A stretch of DNA of 11,837 nt from Opitutales bacterium (GTDB taxonomy: Bacteria > Verrucomicrobiota > Verrucomicrobiia > Opitutales > UBA9783): contig JAKSVZ010000020.1 of NCBI GenBank assembly GCA_024407725.1, positions 1 through 11,837 of the forward strand, read 5' to 3'. Made by a program: the position numbers and the translations under genes. The number at the start of each line of letters is the position of its first letter. Positions within the stretch are counted from its first letter, which is position 1. Of this stretch, positions 4,361-11,770 are shown piece by piece. The notes below the pieces were generated by a model. That model was not told the DNA's origin. It saw nothing but the letters and a program-made list of their open reading frames with translations, and did not search any database.

Positions 4361-4485
4361 TTATTTTTTCAACAAAAAAAGCTGGACTTTTATTCACAAA
4401 CACATTCCCTACTGAGTAGGTGTCTATAAACAACATAAAAGCTTGCTTGATTACAACGAGCAAGGATTAAAGGAAGGTTTTTGAT

Positions 4486-5826
4486 ATGTGTCCAAAAAAA
4501 CAAAGCGTACAAGCGAAAAGCAATACCGTTTCTATCGTCCCCCTCATCGAGAAAAAACGCGATGGTTTAACATGGACCAACGATGATATCCGTTATATCA
4601 TTGACGCAATTGCTCACCATACACTTCCGGATTATCAATTGTCCGCCCTCTTGATGGCTATCTATTTTAAGGATTTGAATGTACAAGAAATAGCCGCATT
4701 TGCCGAGGAAATCATTCTGTCCGGAACCGTTCTCGACGTACGCAGCATCGCATTACCTAAAATATCCCTGTATACCATTGGCGGCGTTGGAAACAAAACC
4801 AATTTGGCTCTAACCGCCTTAGTAGCATCTTGCGGAGTCGTCGTACCGAATGTCATTACCCCACAAGAAAGCTTTATTTTCGGCGACTTGGATAAGATTA
4901 AAGCCATTCCAGGCATGAAAACCGATTTGCCCCTAGAAACCTGCGTTAAACAGTTGAAAAAAATAGGGTGCTGCATTAGCCAAAAACCAGATTCGTTGGT
5001 ACCCGTAGATAACGATCTCATTAAAATGGGACAAGCAACCGCAACTGCTAATTGCTTACCTATCTTGGTAAGCAGCATTTTGAGCAAGCGTATTGCTTCG
5101 GGCTCCGAAAATATCGTTGTGGATATTAAATGCGGTAATGGTTCCTTTATACGGGACGTTGCCCAAGCTAAACATATCGCCTCTTTATTAACCAAAAGTA
5201 TTCGCGGCATCCAACGTCGTTGCGTTGCTTTAATCACCGACATGAATCAACCAGTCGGTAATACCTTAGGAACCGCTTTGGAACTTAAGGAAATTGCGGA
5301 TATTTTACAGGATAAAGGCGATGAAAACCTCAAAGAGTTAATCATCCGCTTAGGGATGGAAATGATCCGCTTATCCGGCGTTTCTGGCTCAACCTTGTCG
5401 GCCAAACAAACCATCGTACAACATTTGAAAGACGGTTCGGCCTTTAAGAAATTCAAAGAATTGATCAAAGAACAAGGCGGCGATCCTGCGTTCTTGGAAA
5501 ACGAAAAGAAATTCCCCAAGGCCAAACATACCTACAAAATTGTCGCCAACAAACGAGGCTATATTCACAGCATCAACATGGCATTTTTGGCAAAAGGCGT
5601 AGAAGTATTAATGCGCCAAGATAAAAATAGCCCTATCGACCCAGCAGCCGGCCTTACCGACCTCCAACCCTTGGGCAAACAAATTCAACCAGGAGATCCC
5701 GTAATGACTATTCATTACAACGATGCTTCAAGATTTAATACCGCTATGGAATACCTGCGCAAAGCATACTGCATAGCCCCCAAGCGTCCTTCCAATTCCG
5801 AGTTGTTCATTGAACGTGTTGCCTAA
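4486..5826 (+). CDS. Thymidine/pyrimidine-nucleoside phosphorylase family protein with degenerate active-site motifs (possible pseudoenzyme)
   Basis: It is collinear with DeoA/Pdp over its full length: IEKKRDG near the N-terminus, GGVG, DLDKIKAIPG, LPILVSSILSKR, VDIKCGNGSF and LITDMNQP. AAGGAAGG lies 8 nt upstream of the ATG. However, K-H-S-T-GGVGD reads L-Y-T-I-GGVGN (nt 4768-4794), and the SGRGLGHTGGTLDK signature reads ITPQESFIFGDLDK (nt 4855-4902). Confidence 0.75.
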   Translation: MCPKKQSVQAKSNTVSIVPLIEKKRDGLTWTNDDIRYIIDAIAHHTLPDYQLSALLMAIYFKDLNVQEIAAFAEEIILSGTVLDVRSIALPKISLYTIGGVGNKTNLALTALVASCGVVVPNVITPQESFIFGDLDKIKAIPGMKTDLPLETCVKQLKKIGCCISQKPDSLVPVDNDLIKMGQATATANCLPILVSSILSKRIASGSENIVVDIKCGNGSFIRDVAQAKHIASLLTKSIRGIQRRCVALITDMNQPVGNTLGTALELKEIADILQDKGDENLKELIIRLGMEMIRLSGVSGSTLSAKQTIVQHLKDGSAFKKFKELIKEQGGDPAFLENEKKFPKAKHTYKIVANKRGYIHSINMAFLAKGVEVLMRQDKNSPIDPAAGLTDLQPLGKQIQPGDPVMTIHYNDASRFNTAMEYLRKAYCIAPKRPSNSELFIERVA

Positions 5827-6202
5827 AAAAGCAAATCGATTAATCGCCTCGCTTCGCCAGATTCCTTATTATCCAGAACCAGGCGATAATCGTGCAATGG
5901 TACCCCTATCAGCTGCTTGCCAGTCATTGATCAACAAGCAACAAAAAAACCCTGACGACAACACCCTAGACCAATTAAAAAGTCATTGGGCTCAATGGTT
6001 TAGGGGAACAGATTTCGAGCACCTACAACCTGCGCGTATCGATTCCAACCACACCTTATGGCTTTACGCACCAAATGCCATCCTTCGGCAAAAAGCACAG
6101 CTTAAATGCGAAAATGCGCTCAAAATCATTCGCATCCATTATCCATCGCTAACAGCAATTCAATGCACTTTTTCGCTTGTTAAAACCAATCAATCTTCTT
6201 AA
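5810..6202 (+). CDS. DUF721/DciA-like small protein (tentative)
   Basis: The C-terminal half, HWAQWF..LQPARIDSNHTLWLYAPNAILRQKAQLKCENALKIIRIHYPSLTAIQCTF, fits the DUF721 pattern as I recall it: W..ivG...t.p..i....L.v.v.s......L......il..i.......i.f. The ORF as listed starts at TTG 5810 and overlaps the upstream gene by 17 nt. GTG 5816, TTG 5819 and ATG 5894 are alternative starts. Confidence 0.45.
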   Translation: MNVLPKKANRLIASLRQIPYYPEPGDNRAMVPLSAACQSLINKQQKNPDDNTLDQLKSHWAQWFRGTDFEHLQPARIDSNHTLWLYAPNAILRQKAQLKCENALKIIRIHYPSLTAIQCTFSLVKTNQSS

Positions 6203-6441
6203 GTGATTTTGCCGCAATAGCGACCGTACCTGTTTAGTATCCCATAAACCTTTTGGTTCAGCAGATCGATATCTTCTACATTCCTGACACCTGGAAATCT
6301 GATGCAAAAGATCTCAAGTTTATCAACCTCTACCGCTTTATCCTCAATCACCTCTTTAATGAACATAGGCCGTATATCGAACAAAATCGGCAGATTCTCG
6401 GCGGTAAGGATTTCGACCCCGTTAATAATAATTGAAATCAC
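6199..6441 (-). CDS. Hypothetical 80-aa protein downstream of hisS
   Basis: It has a GTG start 31 nt after the hisS stop on the same strand, with no terminator between, which suggests co-transcription. There is no recognisable motif and no clear SD. Its stop overlaps the convergent DUF721-like stop by 4 nt (TTAA). Confidence 0.35.
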   Translation of the reverse strand: MISIIINGVEILTAENLPILFDIRPMFIKEVIEDKAVEVDKLEIFCIRFPGVRNVEDIDLLNQKVYGILNRYGRYCGKIT

Positions 6442-6472
6442 TTGCGTAAGTAATCTTTTTTCGTTGCAAAGA

Positions 6473-7801
6473 CTATTGCTGTAAGTATTCAGGTAGTGAT
6501 TTCAACTCAACGACCTGTTCTATGCCTGATTTTACATCTTTAATCTGAACCGTCCCTTTTGATGTAAGTTCATGGGTTAAGGTTATTACATAATGGGAAG
6601 CATCCGTATACGCCTTTTTCTGTTGTTTCCCCAAGTCTTTTTGTAGGTCTAAGGAATACAACACTGAAAAACCTGCCGCGCGCAATTGCTGAGCCAACAA
6701 TAAAGCCTGTTGGCGTTCTGTTTGTTCAAAGACGACATAATAATCAACTGAGCTTTGATAAGGGCGTAACAAAGTCTGTTTACGTAACAAATCGGTTAGG
6801 GTAACATCTCCAGCAGCAAATCCAACCGCTGGCATCGGTTGCCCCACTAATTTTTCAAACAGGTGATCATAGCGTCCACCACCCGCTAAGGCTCTCCCTT
6901 GATCTCCGCTTTCAAACACCTCAAACACGAAGCCTGTATAATAAGCCAATCCGCGCACAATGGTTAAATCCAAGGTAACCCAATCACGTACGCTCAAACT
7001 TTCTAATTCCTGCAATAAAACCTTAAACTCCGATAAACGTTGATCTAAGGCTTCCATATCCGACGAAGGTTGGCAGTTGTGAAAGCACTCACGAATGGCA
7101 TCAAGGGTACGCGCTTTGCGTAATAATTCGGTAGCACCAAAAAATAGAACGGCTTTCGTGTCATCCTTAAATACGGTTTTTAAATCCTCCTGAATGCTCT
7201 CTGGGGATCGACGCTCCCATTTGTCCAAAATACCCAGTAACACACCCACCTCCTGTTCTTGATTAACCCCAAAGACCTTAAGCCATAACACCCATAGCTG
7301 GCGATCACTCAAGCGCACATGAAAGTGTTCTTTTTTAAGCCCAAACTTTTGAAACGTAGCAATCGCCAATGCAATTAATTCTGCATCAGCTGCGCTGGAA
7401 CTTTCTCCGATAATATCTGCGTTAAATTGATAAAACGAACGTAATCGTCCCTTTTGGGGGCGTTCATAGCGAAACTGTTCGGTAATGTTAAACCACTTGG
7501 TAGGGCGTTTCAAGGTTGCCAATCGCTTGCCCACCATCCGAACCAACGAAGGAGTCATTTCAGGGCGCAAGGCAATGGCACGCTCTCCCTTATCTTGAAA
7601 TGAAAACAGTTGCTCCACTATTTCAGGGCCGGATTTTTGCGTAAACAAATCCAAAGGTTCTACAATCGGCCCATCAAATTCTTCATACCCAAAGGTATGC
7701 GCAACCGAACGCCATTGGTTAAAGATAAAATTACGCTGCGCACAATCTGCCGGTTCAAAATCACGAAAACCTGGCAGTGGCTCTCTTTCGATCCCTTTCA
7801 T
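6473..7801 (-). CDS. hisS: Histidine--tRNA ligase
   Basis: GFRDFEP, ALRPEMTPSLVR, FRYERPQKGRLRSFYQFNADIIG (class II motif 2) and GGGRYD (motif 3) are present. GAGGT lies 4 nt upstream of the ATG. Confidence 0.92.
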   Translation of the reverse strand: MKGIEREPLPGFRDFEPADCAQRNFIFNQWRSVAHTFGYEEFDGPIVEPLDLFTQKSGPEIVEQLFSFQDKGERAIALRPEMTPSLVRMVGKRLATLKRPTKWFNITEQFRYERPQKGRLRSFYQFNADIIGESSSAADAELIALAIATFQKFGLKKEHFHVRLSDRQLWVLWLKVFGVNQEQEVGVLLGILDKWERRSPESIQEDLKTVFKDDTKAVLFFGATELLRKARTLDAIRECFHNCQPSSDMEALDQRLSEFKVLLQELESLSVRDWVTLDLTIVRGLAYYTGFVFEVFESGDQGRALAGGGRYDHLFEKLVGQPMPAVGFAAGDVTLTDLLRKQTLLRPYQSSVDYYVVFEQTERQQALLLAQQLRAAGFSVLYSLDLQKDLGKQQKKAYTDASHYVITLTHELTSKGTVQIKDVKSGIEQVVELKSLPEYLQQ

Positions 7802-7877
7802 GTTACCTCAAAGGTAAATCAAATCTGAATTACAGCTCAAGTCAAAAAGCGTTAGCAATTAGCCACGCACTTAATCA

Positions 7878-8378
7878 TTAAAAAGGGAACGTTTTTAATA
7901 AATCTAGGTAAACCTGAGCGCTATTTTGAATCAATTGCAAATCGCATTCAGTTAAGGTTCTAACGACCCGCCCCGGAGAACCGCATACGAGGGAATACGG
8001 CGGAATACTTTTACGCTGCGTAACCAACGTATTAGCGCCGATAATGCAATGGTGGCCGATAGTAGCGCCATCTAATAGCGTTGCATGCATCCCAATGAGG
8101 CAATCGGAATCAATGTGGCACCCATGAACAATAGCTCCATGGCCAATGGTCACGCGATCGCCTATCCATACAGCATCGGTTCCTACATGAATCACAACAG
8201 ATTCTTGAATATTGGTACTATCGCCAATGCGGATGCTATTGATATCTCCGCGTAGGACTGCATAAGGCCATACGCTGCAATAATCTCCTAAGCTTACCTG
8301 ACCATACACAACTGCTTGTTGTGCAATACGCGTGTGCGCACCATAGTGCACCTGATCATCCTTGTTCGTCTCCATCAT
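7878..8378 (-). CDS. Gamma-carbonic-anhydrase-like left-handed beta-helix (hexapeptide repeat) protein, YrdA/PaaY/CaiE family
   Basis: It aligns with my recollection of E. coli YrdA: VWPYAVLRGDINSIRIGDSTNIQESVVIHV, TIGHGAIVHGCHI, LIGMHATLLDGATIG and GSPGRVVRTL. The conserved His ligand positions are present. The start overlaps the sctC 3' end by 23 nt. Confidence 0.8.
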   Translation of the reverse strand: MMETNKDDQVHYGAHTRIAQQAVVYGQVSLGDYCSVWPYAVLRGDINSIRIGDSTNIQESVVIHVGTDAVWIGDRVTIGHGAIVHGCHIDSDCLIGMHATLLDGATIGHHCIIGANTLVTQRKSIPPYSLVCGSPGRVVRTLTECDLQLIQNSAQVYLDLLKTFPF

Positions 8379-10338
8379 CTGATGGATATTCTTCCGATTT
8401 AAGACGATTATTGCGAACTAAATTTAGCATCTCCCGTTCTTGTTGAGGCATGGACTGCGCTGGTGATTTCCCATGATAACGCAGGTACATTCGAAGTCCT
8501 ATGGAATTGGGGTGCTTTTCAGCCAAAGCTGAGAGTGTTTTCACTGACTCATTGCTCGAAAGCTCAATGGGCTTCGGATTACACTGAATTTGCATCAATT
8601 CATCGCTATGGGTTAAATTCGAAGGCGTATCGAAAACCTCTTTATAAGGATCGCTAGACGATAGATGAATCAAACGAGGAGTAATTAAGAACAAGCGTTC
8701 CGATATGGTTTTTGTCTTAGTAGAGGTTTTAAACAAATATCCCAAAAGCGGAATATCCTTTAACACAGGAATACCTTTTTCTCCTTTGGTATAATCCTCT
8801 GCGAAATACCCTCCGATCAACACGCTTTGTCCTTCATACACAAGCGCCTGAGTTGATATAGAAGACGAATTGGTGCTCGGCTTTGTCTCCGATGACCCCG
8901 GATCAACCGACTCATCCTTAATATCCAAAATCAATTGAATTTGGGGTTTTCCATCACAAGCACATAGATGGGGAGTTACGTGTAGGGTTGTACTACCGGA
9001 AATGGAATACATATCCCCGCTTTTTTGACCTTTTACCTCGTAGTAGAAGGTTTTGCTTTGATCCATCAAGGCAGTCAAATTATTCATGGTAATAACGGAT
9101 GGACGCGCTAATACCTTACTGAGATTTTGTTTTTCCAAAAAATTGATAGCAGTTAAAAATTCATTACCATTAACAATACCATTGATCAGACCATTGGCTG
9201 CATTTTGAAATCCCCCTGCAACAGGTCCATTGTTGGAAAATTGTATGGTATGGTTAGAAGATTTTAAGTGAAGACCATCAACCCCAACATTTAACCCACA
9301 GCTTTTGGACACATTAATAATGGCTGCCTGAATTTCAATTAACTCCAACGGTACATCCAATTTGGCAATAATCGACTCATATAAGGCTAAATTTCTGCGA
9401 TAATCCTTAACAATGATCGCATTTTGGCGCGCATCAATCGTAATTTCACCCGATTTTGCATCATGAATATCCTCGGTTTCTGACTTTTTATCTTTATCCA
9501 ACTTATCCTCTTGCTTATCCCGCACCGATACTAGTTTTCTAGCAGAATCCGGTATAGGCGTACTCGTTAACGAATAATCTGAATTACGTTTTTTTAAGAA
9601 AATATCATTCAATAAGGTCGCTACCCCAGGAATCTGCAAACTTCCGATTTCTTTATCATCTGCCCACGCATGTTTTAAGTAAAAGACACGGATATCCACT
9701 GGATCGGTTTCGCTCGGGTTATATAATTGCATGTTGCTAATAATTTCCGATAACAACTCAACCATTTTAGGAGCCCCACTAATCACGACAATTCCTCCCT
9801 CAATCATGGGATTAATCGACATATTAGATCCTACAAACCCCATGGCCTTAATCATATCCAACAGCGTTTGAATTTGACGTGGATGTACCTGCAATACTTT
9901 GGTCTGAATTTCTCCCGACTCGTAAACGTACAACACATGGCCATCGTAAAACCACATTAATCCACAGGAATGAGTTAATTGATTCCAAATGGACACAGGA
10001 TAGGTTTTTTCGAAGCTTTGATGAATCTTATGGGTATTCTTTTTTAACGCCTCGCTAACTACCACATCGATCTGCTGCATCTTGCAAAAATCGGCAATGG
10101 TATCCCCTAAAAGCTTATCTCTTAAATAAAGATAAACCGTAGAGTGCGGCCAAAATTGATGGTCTATAGGCCCAGTATCTTTGGCAGTATCCGTTGGCAA
10201 CAGCTGAGCCGAAAACTGAATTTTAGGCTGATCTGAATCACCCGAAACCGGTTCATCAATAGAAGGTTCCAACCCTGCGTACATTAAAACGCATAGGCTA
10301 GCCCCCACCACCAAATTCCACAAGGTACGCGCATTCAT
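8356..10338 (-). CDS. sctC: Type III secretion outer-membrane secretin (SctC/YscC/CdsC family)
   Basis: It has an N-terminal signal-like segment. The T3SS-type N domain contains GLMWFYDGHVLYVYE (compare YscC wYYDGsvLYIy). The secretin domain contains VLARPSVITMNNLTALM and GIPVLKDIPLLGYLFKTSTKTKTISERLFLITPRLI. A 101-aa tail follows the secretin domain (nt 8359-8661). Confidence 0.88.
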   Translation of the reverse strand: MNARTLWNLVVGASLCVLMYAGLEPSIDEPVSGDSDQPKIQFSAQLLPTDTAKDTGPIDHQFWPHSTVYLYLRDKLLGDTIADFCKMQQIDVVVSEALKKNTHKIHQSFEKTYPVSIWNQLTHSCGLMWFYDGHVLYVYESGEIQTKVLQVHPRQIQTLLDMIKAMGFVGSNMSINPMIEGGIVVISGAPKMVELLSEIISNMQLYNPSETDPVDIRVFYLKHAWADDKEIGSLQIPGVATLLNDIFLKKRNSDYSLTSTPIPDSARKLVSVRDKQEDKLDKDKKSETEDIHDAKSGEITIDARQNAIIVKDYRRNLALYESIIAKLDVPLELIEIQAAIINVSKSCGLNVGVDGLHLKSSNHTIQFSNNGPVAGGFQNAANGLINGIVNGNEFLTAINFLEKQNLSKVLARPSVITMNNLTALMDQSKTFYYEVKGQKSGDMYSISGSTTLHVTPHLCACDGKPQIQLILDIKDESVDPGSSETKPSTNSSSISTQALVYEGQSVLIGGYFAEDYTKGEKGIPVLKDIPLLGYLFKTSTKTKTISERLFLITPRLIHLSSSDPYKEVFDTPSNLTHSDELMQIQCNPKPIELSSNESVKTLSALAEKHPNSIGLRMYLRYHGKSPAQSMPQQEREMLNLVRNNRLKSEEYPSDDGDEQG

Positions 10339-10796
10339 TTACGAAAATCAGGGAAAAATTGTTCTTCAATCGTTTCTAAGTTTAATAAGAAATCAGTAAA
10401 TTTATCCGTTAAGCTTTTTTCGCTACATTCCTTGATCGGTAATCCATAACGCAAATATAATTGATGGGTTGTCGGATCTAACAACAACGTCCCTTCTACA
10501 AAACGCATACGCTTTAAGTTAAACTGTAATATTTTGCTTAACAATTCACGGGATTTGCTATCGTCTGCTAGGGGATTCCCTATGGAACCTTCCCAACAAA
10601 GCTGTTTGTTTTTTTGGAAAAAATGGAACTGTTGCTTTTCATGAGTCCATTGATAAACCCCTTGATCCTCATGGGCTTGAATCGGATACCCAACGCATTG
10701 TTCCAACACTTGAATACACTTTGTTAATTCCATAAGCACGAAGTCTTTAGGGATATTATGACGTTTTTTGAGCAAAAAGTCTATTTTTTCATGCAA
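10335..10796 (-). CDS. CesT/SycE-like (class I) type III secretion chaperone candidate
   Basis: It is a small, acidic protein of about 150 aa. ELLSKILQFNLKRMRFVEGTLLLDPTTHQLYLRY fits the CesT-family pattern ..LL..NL......g.L.ld.....l.L. Its stop overlaps the sctC start in ATGA, which suggests translational coupling. The listed start is TTG 10796, with GGA only 2 nt upstream. The ATG at codon 22 is an alternative start. Confidence 0.55.
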   Translation of the reverse strand: MHEKIDFLLKKRHNIPKDFVLMELTKCIQVLEQCVGYPIQAHEDQGVYQWTHEKQQFHFFQKNKQLCWEGSIGNPLADDSKSRELLSKILQFNLKRMRFVEGTLLLDPTTHQLYLRYGLPIKECSEKSLTDKFTDFLLNLETIEEQFFPDFRK

Positions 10797-10825
10797 ATTC
10801 CTTTTTTACGCAAATGATTTCGAAC

Positions 10826-10862
10826 AAAAAACTTGACAGTATTCCCTACGAAACTTTACTTT
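10826..10862 (+). promoter_or_regulatory. Candidate rplM-rpsI promoter
   Basis: AAAAAACTTGACA (the TTGACA box is 10833-10838) has the same A-tract plus CTTGAC architecture as the array modules. A weak -10 (TTTACT or TACTTT) lies 16-18 nt downstream. Confidence 0.4.
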
Positions 10863-10877
10863 GGGCTATCAACTAGA

Positions 10878-11309
10878 ATGAAGACAACAATTGTTACGCA
10901 AGCGAATCCAAGCGATAAAAAATGGTATCTTATTGATGCTAAAGATAAGGTCTTAGGAACCTTAGCTGTTAAAATCGCAAATATTTTACGTGGACGTAAT
11001 AAAACAACCTACACACCTCAATGTGATACAGGCGATTACGTTGTTGTCATTAATGCAGAAAAAATCGCAGTAACTGGGCAGAAAGAAATCAACAAAACAT
11101 ACGCTAATTTTTCTGGCTATCAAAGCGGTTTACATGTACGTACCTTGCAGGAATTGCGTCAAAAGCATCCAGAAGAAATTCTTCTGCGCGCCGTTACCGG
11201 AATGATGCCCAAAAACAATTTGTCGCGCCATATGCTCAAAAAGTTGCATATTTGTGTAGGAGAAAATCATCCCTATGCAGCTCAATCACCTATTGCCTGC
11301 GAACTTTAA
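10878..11309 (+). CDS. rplM: 50S ribosomal protein L13
   Basis: MKTTIVTQANPSDKKWYLIDAKDKVLGTLAVKIANILRGRNK matches the L13 N-terminus. I place the start at ATG 10878 rather than the ORF-track TTG at 10833, because that TTG is the TTGACA -35 box. Confidence 0.92.
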   Translation: MKTTIVTQANPSDKKWYLIDAKDKVLGTLAVKIANILRGRNKTTYTPQCDTGDYVVVINAEKIAVTGQKEINKTYANFSGYQSGLHVRTLQELRQKHPEEILLRAVTGMMPKNNLSRHMLKKLHICVGENHPYAAQSPIACEL

Positions 11310-11315
11310 TATTTT

Positions 11316-11711
11316 ATGTCGAAAATAACTGAATTTGTTGCCATTGGACGCCGTAAAACGGCCACCGCACGTGTTCGCCTATCAAAAGGCAAAGGCGTTT
11401 GGATGATCAATGATAAAAAAATTGATATCGATCATCTATCAGACGACGTTAAAACTTCCCTCTTAAAGCCTTTTCAAGTTATTGGCGATGAGGAAGGATT
11501 TGATTTTCGCGCACGCGTTAATGGTGGAGGCTTCATGGGACAAATCGAAGCAGTAGCCTTGGGAATATCCCGCGCTTTGGAAAAAATGAATGCAGAATGG
11601 CGCGGAGTCCTAAAAAAGGCATCGCTTCTTACCTGCGATGGACGCATTAAGGAACGTAAAAAACCCGGTCGTCCCGGCGCACGTAAACGCTTCCAATTCT
11701 CCAAGCGTTAA
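11316..11711 (+). CDS. rpsI: 30S ribosomal protein S9
   Basis: GRRKTATARV, GGGFMGQIEAVALGISRAL and the C-terminal PGARKRFQFSKR are diagnostic of S9. It lies 6 nt downstream of rplM. Confidence 0.93.
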   Translation: MSKITEFVAIGRRKTATARVRLSKGKGVWMINDKKIDIDHLSDDVKTSLLKPFQVIGDEEGFDFRARVNGGGFMGQIEAVALGISRALEKMNAEWRGVLKKASLLTCDGRIKERKKPGRPGARKRFQFSKR

Positions 11712-11736
11712 AGTTCTTGCCTATCTCATAATTCTT

Positions 11737-11770
11737 TCTTCATGATAAACGTATGAAGATTTTTCGTTTT
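11737..11770 (+). terminator. Candidate intrinsic terminator after rpsI
   Basis: TCTTCAT (11737-11743), a 9-nt loop, ATGAAGA (11753-11759), then TTTTTCGTTTTT (11760-11771). The stem is AT-rich, so the terminator would be weak. Confidence 0.4.

Noticed and set aside
4286-4485. TPP (THI-box) riboswitch upstream of thiE
   Set aside because: Reading the - strand, I found none of the conserved THI-box segments, and the likely leader is too short. See the thiE-thiD finding; cmsearch is needed for certainty.
4662-5525. - strand ORFs of 193 aa and 92 aa inside the phosphorylase-like gene
   Set aside because: They are entirely antisense to a CDS with strong family similarity. Their translations are low-complexity with no motifs. 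They are typical shadow ORFs.
6253-6484. Two 60-aa + strand ORFs opposite the 80-aa ORF
   Set aside because: They are short, mutually overlapping, and have no RBS or motifs. The - strand ORF is at least co-oriented with hisS and contiguous with it. None of the three is strongly supported.
7610-7828. 72-aa + strand ORF antisense to the hisS 5' end
   Set aside because: It is a shadow ORF of hisS extending into the intergenic region.
7802-7877. hisS promoter (- strand CTTTTTGACT, rc of 7840-7849) and a terminator for the hexapeptide gene (GCGT...ACGC plus TTTTT)
   Set aside because: The -35-like box is good, but I could not find an acceptable -10 at 15-19 nt spacing. The putative terminator stem is only 4 bp. 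I mention both for completeness but call neither as a feature.
8463-8657. 64-aa + strand ORF antisense to the sctC 3' tail
   Set aside because: It is a shadow ORF with no supporting signals.
10833-10877. N-terminal extension of rplM from the ORF-track TTG start at 10833
   Set aside because: The TTG is the first three bases of a TTGACA -35 box. The extension (MTVFPTKLYFGLSTR) has no counterpart in L13, and the canonical L13 N-terminus begins at ATG 10878.
11474-11704. 76-aa - strand ORF antisense to rpsI
   Set aside because: It is an Arg/Pro-rich mirror frame of the basic S9 C-terminus, a classic antisense artefact.
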